Below, piece after piece: positions 17,526 through 27,611 of a DNA stretch of 64,000 nt. Positions within the stretch are counted from its first letter, which is position 1. Each line of letters begins with the position of its first letter. Origin of the DNA: an uncultured Candidatus Saccharibacteria bacterium (GTDB lineage Bacteria > Patescibacteriota > Minisyncoccia > UBA6257 > UBA11618); NCBI GenBank assembly GCA_964363475.1, contig CAYIII010000001.1, positions 2,170 through 66,169 of the forward strand, given 5' to 3'. A program made the position numbers and the translations under genes. The notes beneath the pieces are model-generated. The model searched no databases. It was not told where the DNA came from and was given only the letters and a program-made list of their open reading frames with translations.

Positions 17526-18632
17526 ATGAGAAGCGATTTAGAGCAAAAAATTAAAAAAGCTCCGCAAACCCCCGGGGTTTATATTTTTTATAAAAATTTA
17601 AATCCGCTTTATATAGGCAAGGCGTCTAATTTGAAAAACCGGCTTCAGTGTTATTTAAAAATTACTGACATTAAAAATAAAATTCTAAACGAAGAAGCCA
17701 ATAAATTAAAATTAATTAAACTTCGTTCCCCCGTTGAAGCGCTTATAACCGAAGCCGGCTTAATTAAGGCCTTAAAACCGCGATACAATATTTTGTGGCG
17801 CGATGATAAAAATTATTTTTATATCGCTTTTACCAAAGAAAAGTTTGAAAAGATTTTTATTACCCATCAGCCAAATAATTTAGAGGCCATCGGCCCGTTT
17901 ACGGACGGCAAGGCCATTCGTTTGTTTTTAAAAATACTGCGCCGTAAATATCCCTACTGTACTTGCTATAAAACACACCTACGAAGCTGTTTAAACGCCC
18001 AAATAGGAAATTGCCTTGATTATTGCTGTAGAGAAAATGCCGTGCCAGACAATCAATATCTAAAGAACATTAAAATTATTAAACAAATGCTTGCGGGTAA
18101 AAAAATGACCGCCTTAAATAAAATAATTAAACCGTCGGAACTGTGGGCCTTTGAAAATATCTCTGAACATATTCCGTTTTTAGACGCAAACAATGCGGAA
18201 AAAACTTTTCAAAAAATAGAATGCTATGATATATCACATTTTTCAGGAAAAGAAGCCGTGGGCGCTTTCACTGTTTTGGTCAACAAAAACGGCGATTGGG
18301 AAGCGGACAGAAACCAATTTCGTAAATTTAAAATTAAAAATACGAATACCCGCAACGACCCTCAAATGATTTCGGAAATATTAAGCCGGAGGTTAAATCA
18401 TCCCGAATGGCCGTATCCGAATTTAATAATTATTGACGGGGGAATTACTCAATATAATGCCGCCAAAAAAATAGCGGGCAATCTGCCGTTAATCAGCTTC
18501 GCCAAACCGAATAAGAAAATATTTGGAAAAACGGACTTGCCGAGAGAAATCGTGGAAAGAGCAATTGAGCAAACCCACCGCTATGTCCTGAACTTCCACC
18601 GCCACCTTCGCAATGCTAGAATCTATTCGTGA
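17526..18632 (+). CDS. short UvrC-like nuclease with GIY-YIG and EndoV/RNase H-like domains and no C-terminal HhH region
   Basis: GIY-YIG motif (PGVYIFY..LYIGKASNLKNR), Cys-rich middle, and UvrC-like IECYDISHFSGKEAVGAFTV..FRKFKIKN. Only 368 aa. Confidence 0.6.
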   Translation: MRSDLEQKIKKAPQTPGVYIFYKNLNPLYIGKASNLKNRLQCYLKITDIKNKILNEEANKLKLIKLRSPVEALITEAGLIKALKPRYNILWRDDKNYFYIAFTKEKFEKIFITHQPNNLEAIGPFTDGKAIRLFLKILRRKYPYCTCYKTHLRSCLNAQIGNCLDYCCRENAVPDNQYLKNIKIIKQMLAGKKMTALNKIIKPSELWAFENISEHIPFLDANNAEKTFQKIECYDISHFSGKEAVGAFTVLVNKNGDWEADRNQFRKFKIKNTNTRNDPQMISEILSRRLNHPEWPYPNLIIIDGGITQYNAAKKIAGNLPLISFAKPNKKIFGKTDLPREIVERAIEQTHRYVLNFHRHLRNARIYS

Positions 18633-19006
18633 ATGCCGTATCCAAATTGATAGTGGTCTTTGCCGCTAATTTAACCGCCGTTTTATTAACCGCTTATTTT
18701 ATTCCCGAATTTCAATTAACGACGGATATACCGGGCATTATCTCAATAGCATTAGTGATAACCGTAACCAATCTCACTATCAGGCCGTTAATAAAGCTTG
18801 TCCTTAGTCCGCTGATATTTATTACTTTTGGCTTATTTACCATCTTAATCAATGCCGGTATTATCTACACAATTGACATTTACTCTGAATCGCTTACAAT
18901 TACTGGACCATGGCATCTTATCGGAGCTTCGCATATTATAAGCATTATAAACTTAGTAATTAACTACGCCGCCCTTTATTTGTATCGTGGCTCCGACGTG
19001 TCATAA
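18629..19006 (+). CDS. hypothetical small membrane protein (about 4 TM)
   Basis: 125-aa hydrophobic ORF, overlaps the upstream gene by 4 nt. Confidence 0.4.
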   Translation: MNAVSKLIVVFAANLTAVLLTAYFIPEFQLTTDIPGIISIALVITVTNLTIRPLIKLVLSPLIFITFGLFTILINAGIIYTIDIYSESLTITGPWHLIGASHIISIINLVINYAALYLYRGSDVS

Positions 19007-19011
19007 AATTT

Positions 19012-19257
19012 ATGGACAATCTCCCTTTAATACTTATTATCGTGCAAATAGCCGTTTCGGTTCTTTTGGTCATACTAATTCTTCTACAGGACTCGTCTGA
19101 GGCCTCAGGAATATTCGGCGGAGGCGGTCAGGGATTCTATCAGACCAAAAGAGGAGTTGAGAAAGGCGTATTTGTGGCAACAATAGTATTTACTGTTGTA
19201 TTTGCGGCGCTAGCTTTACTAAACCTTGTTTTACCTAACCTACAAAATTTTTTCTAG
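19012..19257 (+). CDS. secG: preprotein translocase subunit SecG
   Basis: 81 aa, two TM segments with a Gly-rich loop (GIFGGGGQGF). Confidence 0.75.
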   Translation: MDNLPLILIIVQIAVSVLLVILILLQDSSEASGIFGGGGQGFYQTKRGVEKGVFVATIVFTVVFAALALLNLVLPNLQNFF

Positions 19258-20890
19258 CTTTTCTAAGTTAGAACGCCGGATATTAATTGGCGCTTTTTTA
19301 ATATTCATTCTTTCTTCTTTTTTTATCGCTCTAAATTTTTATTACAGCGCCACGAAAGAACAGCCCGCGCGTGGCGGAATTTACATTGAAGGAGAAGTAG
19401 GCCAACCGACATTTATCAATCCATTAATAGCCAACATCAGCGATATTGATTTGGACTTAATAGAAATTTTATTTGATAATCTTTTAAATTTGACCGACAA
19501 CTATAAAATCAGCCAAGACAATAAAACCTGGACAATTTTTCTTAAAAAGGACTTAAAGTGGGATGACGGCAAAGAACTTACCGCCGACGATGTTCTTTTT
19601 ACGATTAAAATAATTCAGGACCCCGACACGCGTTCGCCTCTTTTTTTGAGTTGGCAAGGAATTGAAGTTGAAAAAATTGGCGACAGTGAAATTAGATTTA
19701 TTTTGCCAAAACCCTACGCCTTCTTTATTGATAATCTTCGCAGCTTAAAAATTGTTCCGCAACACATCTTCGGCAATATTCCCGCCGCTAATTTAAAGCT
19801 GTCTCAATATAACCTTGAGCCGGTGGCAAGCGGTCCTTATAGATTTAAGAATATTGTAACGGAAAAAGACGGATTTATTCAGGAAATGTCTCTAATAAAA
19901 AATCCTCTATATCATGGCAATCCTCCTTTTATTGATAATTTTATTTTTAAATTTTATCGCAACGAACAAGACCTGATTCAAGATTTTAATACGAAAAAAA
20001 TCAGCGGCTTTGGCGGTTTAAATCCTCAAAATATTAATGAAATAAAAATTAGCCACAAACTGGCCAATCTAAGTTTGCCAAGATATTATGCCGTATTCTT
20101 TAACAGCAACACGAACCCCGTTCTTCAAAATAATGAAGTGCGCGAAGCGTTAACTTTTGCGACAAATAGAGCAAAAATTATTAAACGGGTCTTTAACGAA
20201 CACGCGTCGCTTGCCGACGGCCCAATTCCGTCAAATGTGACGGGTTATAATAAAGATGTTTATCAAAATGACAGATTCTCCATACAGCAAGCTCAAGAGA
20301 TATTAGAGAAAAACGGCTGGCTTTTAAATCCGGAAGACGGGATAAGATATAAAACAGTTAATAAGATAAGGCAAAAACTGGAATTTGAAATTATTACGCC
20401 CCAAATACCATTCTTAATAGAAACGGTTGATTTAATTAAAGATGACTGGAATAAAATAGGGGTGAAAATAAATTCTGCCACATTGCCGCTAAGCGATATA
20501 AGCAGAGAAGTGTTGAGAACGAGAAATTATCAGTTGCTTATTTTTGGCAATATCTTAAATAACAATCCCGATGTATTATCTTTTTGGCATTCGTCGGAAC
20601 GGCTTTATCCCGGACTCAATTTATCGCTTTATAACAACAAAGACGCGGACAATGCTTTGATAAATATAAGACAAGAAATTAATCCGGATAAAAGACAATT
20701 AGAGCTGGATAAATTGCAAAATATCATTTATAAGGAAAATCCGGCCGTCTTCTTGTTTAATCCAAATTATATTTATGTAACCAATAGCGATTTGTTGGGC
20801 TTTAACGCGTCATCCATAACCACTCCCGCCCATCGCTTTGAAAAAATAGCGGAATGGCATCTGAAGACCGAGAGGCGATTTGCTAATTAA
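19226..20890 (+). CDS. ABC transporter substrate-binding protein, family 5 (peptide/nickel type)
   Basis: 554 aa, N-terminal TM anchor, SBP_bac_5-like size and motifs. Confidence 0.6.
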   Translation: MFYLTYKIFSSFSKLERRILIGAFLIFILSSFFIALNFYYSATKEQPARGGIYIEGEVGQPTFINPLIANISDIDLDLIEILFDNLLNLTDNYKISQDNKTWTIFLKKDLKWDDGKELTADDVLFTIKIIQDPDTRSPLFLSWQGIEVEKIGDSEIRFILPKPYAFFIDNLRSLKIVPQHIFGNIPAANLKLSQYNLEPVASGPYRFKNIVTEKDGFIQEMSLIKNPLYHGNPPFIDNFIFKFYRNEQDLIQDFNTKKISGFGGLNPQNINEIKISHKLANLSLPRYYAVFFNSNTNPVLQNNEVREALTFATNRAKIIKRVFNEHASLADGPIPSNVTGYNKDVYQNDRFSIQQAQEILEKNGWLLNPEDGIRYKTVNKIRQKLEFEIITPQIPFLIETVDLIKDDWNKIGVKINSATLPLSDISREVLRTRNYQLLIFGNILNNNPDVLSFWHSSERLYPGLNLSLYNNKDADNALINIRQEINPDKRQLELDKLQNIIYKENPAVFLFNPNYIYVTNSDLLGFNASSITTPAHRFEKIAEWHLKTERRFAN

Positions 20891-20938
20891 TTAATAATAT
20901 GATATATTAAATCAATCTTAATTTCTTATGATACGAAT

Positions 20939-21022
20939 GTCGCGGTGGCGAAATTGGCAGACGCGCACGGTTCAGGGCCGTGTATCCGTAAGGATGTGTG
21001 AGTTCAAATCTCACCCGCGACA
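20939..21022 (+). tRNA. tRNA-Leu (anticodon CAG)
   Basis: Acceptor GTCGCGG/CCGCGAC, anticodon stem CACGG/CCGTG with loop TTCAGGG, long variable arm, T-arm GTGAGTTCAAATCTCAC, discriminator A. Confidence 0.8.
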
Positions 21023-21057
21023 CACTGCACTAACTAGTTAAAACCAAAAAATAAATA

Positions 21058-22743
21058 ATGCCTAAAAAAATAGATACGAGTGAAGAATCCTTAAAATTTG
21101 TGCCGTTGGGCGGCCTTGAAGAAATCGGCCGCAATATGATGTTTTTTGAATACAAAAATGAAATCGTCATTATTGACGCCGGTTTGCAGTTCCCCGAAGA
21201 AACCACGCCCGGCATTGATTTTATTATTCCCAACGTTAACTATTTAGAAAAAAATAAAGAGAAGATTAAAGCCCTAATTGTGACTCATGCCCATTATGAC
21301 CACATAGGAGCGATTCCATATGTTCTCGGAAAATTAGGCAATCCTCAGATTTACTGCGCCGCCATAACCAAAGAAATCATATTGAAACGCCAAGAGGATT
21401 TTACTAATTTAGCCAAGCCCAACATTGAAGTTGTGAAACACGGCGCGCAGATAAAATTAGGAGAACATTTTAATTCGGAATTCTTTTATCTGGACCACAC
21501 GATTCCCGACACTATCGGAGTTATTTTAAAAACTCCAATCGGCAATATGGTCCATTTTGTTGATTTTAAATTTGATTACGATAACGAAGGAAAACCGCTT
21601 AGATTGGACGACTTTGCCCGCATCGGCAAGGAAGGCGTGCACACTCTTTTCATTGACAGCACCAATGCTGACGAAGAAGGTTTTTCGCTGTCTGAAAGGA
21701 TTGTTGAAAAAAATCTGGAACAACTTTTTAAAGACGCTCCGGGCAGGGTGATTGTCGGCACATTTGGTTCTTTACTAACCAGATTGGGGGAAATGATTAA
21801 AATCGGCATAAGATTAAAGAGAAAAATTTTTGTCAGCGGTTACTCAATGAAAACCAATTTGCAAATAGCGCAAAATTTGGGATACATAAAAACAGAAAAA
21901 GGAGCTATTCTTCCGTTGGAAGAAATTCATAAATATAAAGATGATAAAATATTAGTCCTTTGCACCGGCGCTCAAGGAGAGCCAAATGCCAGCTTAATGC
22001 GCATCGCGAACGGCGAACATAAATTTATAAAAACAAAGCGGGGGGATATGTTCGTTTTTTCTTCCTCAATCATTCCCGGCAATGAACGCGGCGTTCAGTT
22101 TCTAAAAGACACGCTCACTAGACAAGGGGCAAAGGTATATCAGTCAAAACACATTGACATTCACTCCAGCGGACACGCGCCACAGGAAGAATTAAAAGAG
22201 GTTTTTAGATTAACCAAGCCAAAATTTGTAGTTCCCGTGCACGGATATTTTTTCAAAAGGGCGGCTAATAAGGAAAATGCCGTGTCTGTAGGTATTCCAG
22301 AAAAAAATGTTCTGTTAATGGACAACGGACAAGTTGCCGAATTAACAAAAGGCGGTCTTACTCTTACTAACAAAACAGTAGACGCGTATTATGTGATGGT
22401 TGATGGCTTGGGGGTCGGAGATGTAAGCGAAGTGGTTTTGCGAGACCGCAGAATCTTATCGGATGAAGGCATGATGGTTATCATAGCCACTTTGGATAAG
22501 AATCGCGGACACTTTCTAAAAAAACCGGACATTATTTCTAGAGGATTTATTTATTTGAAAGATAACCAAGTAATGCTGGAAGAAGTTCGCAATCGTTTGC
22601 GCCACATTATAGAAAGGATTCCACGACATCAGGAAGTGGAGCCGGAATATGTAAAATCTTTAATCAGAGACCAAATCGGCGCTTTTATTTATAATAAAAC
22701 TCAGCGCCGTCCGATGATTCTGCCAGTTATTATTGAAGTTTAG
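21058..22743 (+). CDS. rnj: ribonuclease J
   Basis: MBL motif VTHAHYDHIG, beta-CASP region and C-terminal domain. Starts LGGLEEIGRNMMFFEY like RNase J. Confidence 0.88.
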   Translation: MPKKIDTSEESLKFVPLGGLEEIGRNMMFFEYKNEIVIIDAGLQFPEETTPGIDFIIPNVNYLEKNKEKIKALIVTHAHYDHIGAIPYVLGKLGNPQIYCAAITKEIILKRQEDFTNLAKPNIEVVKHGAQIKLGEHFNSEFFYLDHTIPDTIGVILKTPIGNMVHFVDFKFDYDNEGKPLRLDDFARIGKEGVHTLFIDSTNADEEGFSLSERIVEKNLEQLFKDAPGRVIVGTFGSLLTRLGEMIKIGIRLKRKIFVSGYSMKTNLQIAQNLGYIKTEKGAILPLEEIHKYKDDKILVLCTGAQGEPNASLMRIANGEHKFIKTKRGDMFVFSSSIIPGNERGVQFLKDTLTRQGAKVYQSKHIDIHSSGHAPQEELKEVFRLTKPKFVVPVHGYFFKRAANKENAVSVGIPEKNVLLMDNGQVAELTKGGLTLTNKTVDAYYVMVDGLGVGDVSEVVLRDRRILSDEGMMVIIATLDKNRGHFLKKPDIISRGFIYLKDNQVMLEEVRNRLRHIIERIPRHQEVEPEYVKSLIRDQIGAFIYNKTQRRPMILPVIIEV

Positions 22744-22767
22744 TAAATCTTAACTTATTCTTATTTT

Positions 22768-23754
22768 ATGAGACCGAATCTTGTTTCTGGCATACAGCCG
22801 TCCGGCAAATTACATTTGGGCAATTATTTAGGCGCCTTAAAAAACTTTGTTAAACTGCAAAATTCGGAGCAATATAATTGTTATTTTTTTATCGCCGACC
22901 TCCATTCTTTGACGGAGGACTTTAATCCGACTCTAAAAACAAATCAAATTTTAGACCTTTTATCTTCTTATTTGGCGGCTGGCTTAAATCCCAAAAAATC
23001 GGTTATTTTTATTCAATCTCAAATCCCCGCCCATACACAGCTCGCTTGGTTTTTAAATACGATTACTCCTTTCGGAGAATTGTCGCGAATGACGCAGTTT
23101 AGAGATAAATCGCAAAGTCAGTCGGAAAATATTAATGTCGGCCTTTTTGCTTATCCTGTTTTAATGGCCGCCGACATAATTTTATATGACGCAAATTTCG
23201 TTCCTGTCGGAGAAGACCAGACGCAACATTTAGAGCTTACAAGAACTTTGGTAAGAAAATTTAATAATAAGTTTGGCGAACAATTCATAGAGCCCCAGCC
23301 GTTGCTTGCAAAAACGCCGCGAATAATGAGCTTGCAAGACCCAAATAAAAAAATGTCCAAATCGCAACCGGAGGGATGCTTATTTTTAGACGATTCAACC
23401 GAAGAAATAGAGTCCAAAATAATGTCGGCTGTCACGGATTCGGAAAAAGAAATTCGTTATGATATTCAAAACAAAGCCGGACTTTCTAATTTATTGGAAA
23501 TATACGCGAGTTTGAGCGATAGAGAGATTACCTATATAGAAAATGAATTCAAAAATAAAAATTATGCCAAATTTAAAAAATCGCTCGCTAAATTAATAAC
23601 TAAATATTTTGCTCCATTTAGGCGCAAAAAAATAAGGATTCTGTCCAACCCGGAAAAGTTAATAAAAATTGCCCAAAGAGGCAATAAAGCCGCAAATAAG
23701 ATTGCCGCGCAAAAAATCACAAAAGTAGAAAAAGGATTGGGATTAGTGTTATAA
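22768..23754 (+). CDS. trpS: tryptophan--tRNA ligase
   Basis: Class I motifs: HLGNYLG (HIGH-like) and KMSKS. Confidence 0.88.
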   Translation: MRPNLVSGIQPSGKLHLGNYLGALKNFVKLQNSEQYNCYFFIADLHSLTEDFNPTLKTNQILDLLSSYLAAGLNPKKSVIFIQSQIPAHTQLAWFLNTITPFGELSRMTQFRDKSQSQSENINVGLFAYPVLMAADIILYDANFVPVGEDQTQHLELTRTLVRKFNNKFGEQFIEPQPLLAKTPRIMSLQDPNKKMSKSQPEGCLFLDDSTEEIESKIMSAVTDSEKEIRYDIQNKAGLSNLLEIYASLSDREITYIENEFKNKNYAKFKKSLAKLITKYFAPFRRKKIRILSNPEKLIKIAQRGNKAANKIAAQKITKVEKGLGLVL

Positions 23755-23799
23755 TCCACTTCAGCAAAGGACCTTGTAAATTCACGCAAGAGGAGGAAA

Positions 23800-24312
23800 A
23801 TGAAGTTCACGCACGTCATCATTGAGCCGATTAGGCGCGGCGTTATCACGATAGCAACATTATTTTTAGCTTCCAAATTATTGATTTGGTTGCTCGCTTT
23901 GTTTTTTGGATTTATAAATCCGTTGCGAACCACCGTTCTTTATTTAATAGGCAGTGATAATTTTTGGATTGGCACTCTTATTGCCGTAATGATTCTATTG
24001 CCAATTTGCTGGCTGGTTGGCCAATTTTCTATATCAAACATATTTTTCTTTTTATTCAAAAGGAAGGCTCAAAAAGAATCCGGAAAATATCTGCAAGTTG
24101 CCAGAATTAAAAATAAAAACTTTTATATGGGATGCGGAATAGGGCTTGTTACTAAAAAAATGGAAATTGACGGAAAAACGCACTACAATATTTGTTTTCC
24201 TAATTTAGGGGGATTTATAACCTTATCTAAAGTCCCGGAAGAAGAAGTGGAACTGACCGGAGAAAGCGTAGTCAACACTTTATTGTTTTATCTGTCATGC
24301 GGCTCCCTGTGA
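23800..24312 (+). CDS. hypothetical membrane protein
   Basis: Two N-terminal TM segments followed by a soluble domain; AGGAGG RBS upstream. Confidence 0.4.
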   Translation: MKFTHVIIEPIRRGVITIATLFLASKLLIWLLALFFGFINPLRTTVLYLIGSDNFWIGTLIAVMILLPICWLVGQFSISNIFFFLFKRKAQKESGKYLQVARIKNKNFYMGCGIGLVTKKMEIDGKTHYNICFPNLGGFITLSKVPEEEVELTGESVVNTLLFYLSCGSL

Positions 24313-24328
24313 GCCGTATTTTATTCCC

Positions 24329-27223
24329 TTATTTTCTTATTCCCAGCCAAATTTTTGAGCCGTCTAAGTCAACCTCAATAAAATGCTCAACTTTTTCCGT
24401 TCTCTCAAAAATAATTTCTTCCGCGTTGATATCTTTTCTAAAACCCTTGTTGCTTTCTAAAACGCTTTGCAATTTTTTTGGCAAGTCGGCGTGCAAAATA
24501 ATTTTGTTTTGGGGGGAATATTCGGCATCGCGCCTTAATCCTTGAATCGCTCTCGCCAATTCCCTTACGGCGCCTTCATTTTTCAGTTCTTCGGTAATGT
24601 TAATATCCAGCTCAATCTCGTCATTAATTTTGGAATCAAAAATAATTTCTTTGACATTTATTTCATCGGCTAATATATGTAATAATTCTTCGTTATTTTT
24701 TAATTTTTCATTTTTAATTTTTAATTTCCTCAACGGCTGTCTTATCTTAATCCCCGCTTCCGCTCTTTTGGCCAAAGCCAAACTGGCCAACGTTCTGACA
24801 TCCGACATATCTTCAATTAATTTTTTACTTGCCCCTCGAAGCTTTAGCGAAGTGGGGTCAACCCTTGGCCATTCTTCCAAATGAACGGAAACGCCACCGC
24901 TTAAAGATTTATACAAAGCATCCGCGAAAAACGGGACGAATGGAGCGATTAGTTTGCTGATTTCCAGTAAAACATTTTGTAAGATAGGCAACGCCTCCGC
25001 GCGCTTGCGTGAACGGCGAATGTACCAATGAGACAAGTCGCTTACGAATAACTCTAAAATTTTAGCCGCATACCCTATTTCATATTTGTTAAGATTCTCT
25101 TCAACTTCTAAAATAGTTTCATTTAATCTGGAGAAAATCCACTTATCTAAAATATTACTTAACTGGAAATTAGTCCGCCAACTGGCGGATGGGACTTGGG
25201 GCTCATTTTTTGAATAGGTCTCAAAAAATACATATGAATTATAAAGCAACGAGATAAAACGCCTGAAGGCCTTGCTTAACTCCGCCTCATCAAACTTTTT
25301 GGGCTCTGCCGGAGGATTAACGGTATAGAAATACCACCTGATAACGTCTACTCCGTATTTATCAATCATCTCCCAAGGGTCAACGATATTATTTTTTGAT
25401 TTAGACATTTTCTGTCCATGTTTATCTAAAAGATGGCCAAGTGAAATAACATTTTTGTAAGGGGTGTCTTCATTTAATAAAACGCCAATGGCCAGCAATG
25501 TATAAAACCAGCCGCGAGTTTGGTCAATTGCTTCGCAAATATAATCCGCCGGATAACGGTTCGGATATTCTCCGCTCGCAAACGGCATGCCGCCGGAATC
25601 AAACCAAACATCCGCCACTTCTTTCACTCTTGTCATAGAGCCATTACACTTCGGACAAATTAATTTCACTTCATCAATATAAGGACGATGCAAATCAGCC
25701 GGCGCCTCACCGCCATGCTCTTTAAGTTCGTCTCTGCTGCCAATCACTAATTTTTCATCGCATTTTTCACACTCCCAAATAGGCAATGGCGTGCCCCAAT
25801 AACGCTCGCGAGAAATAGCCCAGTCCTTTACCCCTTGAAGCCACTCCCCGAAACGCCCGCTTTGAAGATGATGGGGAATCCAATTTATTTTCTCGTTGGC
25901 TTTTAACAAATCGCTTCTTAACTTACTCATCTCTATAAACCAAGAAAATCTGGGAAAGTAAATGAGGGCTCTGGAACAGCGCCAGCAAAAAGGATAGTCA
26001 TGTTCAATCGTGGTCTGGTAAAAAAGCAAATTTCTTTTTTGAAGGTCTTCTAATATATCTTTATCCGCTTCTTTAATATATTTGCCCGCGCCGGGCAATC
26101 CGTTTTTCATAATCCCCTGGTCATCAATAGTTACGGGAAAGTCGCTCATTTTGTTTCTCATTAAATTCAAGTCATCCTCGCCAAAAGAGGCAATATGAAT
26201 TAATCCGGTTCCATCTTCCGCGCTGACAAAATCAGCCTTCACCACTTCATGAGGACCGTTATTTTCATACAAGGACTCATATTTTAGGCCAATCATTTTT
26301 TTTCCGGAAAGTTTTTCTATGACCTCTATCTTAGTGTCCGAAGAAAATGGCGGCGCGTTAACAGCCCAAATATATTCGCCATTAATTTCATATTTTGTGT
26401 AAGTTAATTCCGGATTTACGGCAATAGCCAGATTTGCCGGCAAAGTCCACGGAGTGGTGGTCCATATTAATAAGTATTCGTTAACTTGGGATTTGGAACT
26501 TGGGATTTGGAACTTTATATATACTGACGGGTCCTTAACTTTCTTATACGCCCCCGGCTGTCCCAACTCATGGCTTGATAAAGATGTTTGGCAACGAGGG
26601 CACCACGGAACTACTTTATAAAACTTATTTAATAATCCCCTCTCGTCAATCTTTTTAAAAACGCCCCACAATTTTTCCAAATAATCGTTTTCGTAAGTTA
26701 TATACGCATTTTCAAAGTCCAACCAAAAACCGATTCTTTCAGTTAATTTTTCCCATTCATCCTTATATTTCCAGACGGATTCTTTGGCTTTTTTATTAAA
26801 TTCGGCAATGCCAAATTTTTCTATGTCCTGCTTGTTTTTAATTCCTAATTCTTTTTCAACTTCAATTTCCACGGGCAAGCCCTGCGTATCCCAACCGGCG
26901 CGACGGGGCGCATAATAACCTTGCATAGTTTTAAACCGTAAAATAATATCTTTAAAAGCACGGGCTAAGATATGATGAGTGCCGGGACGGCCATTGGCAG
27001 TCGGAGGACCTTCATAAAATATGAATTCTCTTTTCCCTTTTGATTGGCTTAAGGTTTTTGAAAAGATATTATTTTCTCGCCAAAAATCCAAAACTTTTTC
27101 TTCAATTTCTGGAAGATTAAACTGTTTTAAACCACGCAACATAAGTAAAATAATAAGCCAAAAACTGCTTTTTTTCAACGAAGGTTCGTTCATCAACAAC
27201 CATCCTCTATATAGCAACCCCAC
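24329..27223 (-). CDS. ileS: isoleucine--tRNA ligase
   Basis: 964 aa with the HIGH-class motif (PPTANGRPGTHH), KMSKS, and CP1 editing domain. Contains two in-frame repeat insertions (25165-25203 and 26484-26514). Confidence 0.9.
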   Translation of the reverse strand: MGLLYRGWLLMNEPSLKKSSFWLIILLMLRGLKQFNLPEIEEKVLDFWRENNIFSKTLSQSKGKREFIFYEGPPTANGRPGTHHILARAFKDIILRFKTMQGYYAPRRAGWDTQGLPVEIEVEKELGIKNKQDIEKFGIAEFNKKAKESVWKYKDEWEKLTERIGFWLDFENAYITYENDYLEKLWGVFKKIDERGLLNKFYKVVPWCPRCQTSLSSHELGQPGAYKKVKDPSVYIKFQIPSSKSQVNEYLLIWTTTPWTLPANLAIAVNPELTYTKYEINGEYIWAVNAPPFSSDTKIEVIEKLSGKKMIGLKYESLYENNGPHEVVKADFVSAEDGTGLIHIASFGEDDLNLMRNKMSDFPVTIDDQGIMKNGLPGAGKYIKEADKDILEDLQKRNLLFYQTTIEHDYPFCWRCSRALIYFPRFSWFIEMSKLRSDLLKANEKINWIPHHLQSGRFGEWLQGVKDWAISRERYWGTPLPIWECEKCDEKLVIGSRDELKEHGGEAPADLHRPYIDEVKLICPKCNGSMTRVKEVADVWFDSGGMPFASGEYPNRYPADYICEAIDQTRGWFYTLLAIGVLLNEDTPYKNVISLGHLLDKHGQKMSKSKNNIVDPWEMIDKYGVDVIRWYFYTVNPPAEPKKFDEAELSKAFRRFISLLYNSYVFFETYSKNEPQVPSASWRTNFQLSNILDKWIFSRLNETILEVEENLNKYEIGYAAKILELFVSDLSHWYIRRSRKRAEALPILQNVLLEISKLIAPFVPFFADALYKSLSGGVSVHLEEWPRVDPTSLKLRGASKKLIEDMSDVRTLASLALAKRAEAGIKIRQPLRKLKIKNEKLKNNEELLHILADEINVKEIIFDSKINDEIELDINITEELKNEGAVRELARAIQGLRRDAEYSPQNKIILHADLPKKLQSVLESNKGFRKDINAEEIIFERTEKVEHFIEVDLDGSKIWLGIRK
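25165..25203. repeat. Intragenic palindromic repeat element #1 in ileS (GGAAATTAG-TCCGCCAACTGGCGGA-TGGGACTTGG), encoding EPQVPSASWRTNFQLS
   Basis: Direct reading. The near-palindromic core TCCGCCAACTGGCGGA is shared with copies at 40281, 46589 and 36841. Confidence 0.8.
26484..26514. repeat. Intragenic tandem 14-nt repeat (AACTTGGGATTTGG x2) in ileS, encoding KFQIPSSKSQV
   Basis: Direct reading. Same TTGGGATTTGG motif as the folD insertion and the intergenic satellite regions. Confidence 0.7.
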
Positions 27224-27320
27224 CCCATATCCTTCATCAATACCGTCCTCGTTCAGAATAAAACTGAACTCGGATTAAATATTGATTCAGGATACGAGGT
27301 GGGGCTGTATACTAAACAAA

Positions 27321-27540
27321 AACCACCACCCTCTTTCTCGACGAGGCCGTGGAGGCGAATATATAAATTACGAAGCTTGGAGTAAGGCTATAAGCAAAAA
27401 AGCGCTGATAGAATCCCAAGTCCCGATACTAACAGTATCGGGACGGGTTGAGTTCGCTTTTTTGCTATATAGCACACGACAAGCGAGTCGCAATTTATAT
27501 GAGCCGTAACAGGTTGAGGAGAGGAAGGGGGTGGTGGTTT
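27321..27540. repeat. Structured repeat element, copy B. 5' AACCACCACCCTCTTTCTC (27321-27339) pairs with 3' GAGGAAGGGGGTGGTGGTT (27522-27540). Candidate ncRNA or MITE-like structured repeat
   Basis: Shares a 35-nt identical 5' block and a conserved 3' block with copy A (637-936). Internal hairpin cccgatact-aac-agtatcggg. Lies between divergent ileS and the Cas4-like gene. Confidence 0.6.
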
Positions 27541-27611
27541 ATATTGGGGTTGGAGAAAACAAGTGGTCTTTGGTTATAGATAAAAAAATTATTTTTCGTT
27601 AAAATAAAGCA

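Noticed and set aside
27321-27540. T-box riboswitch leader for ileS
   Set aside because: Only an 8-nt resemblance (AGGGUGGU) to the T-box core, no ACCGCG continuation or recognisable Stem I, and a second copy of the same element sits downstream of folD, where a T-box makes no sense.
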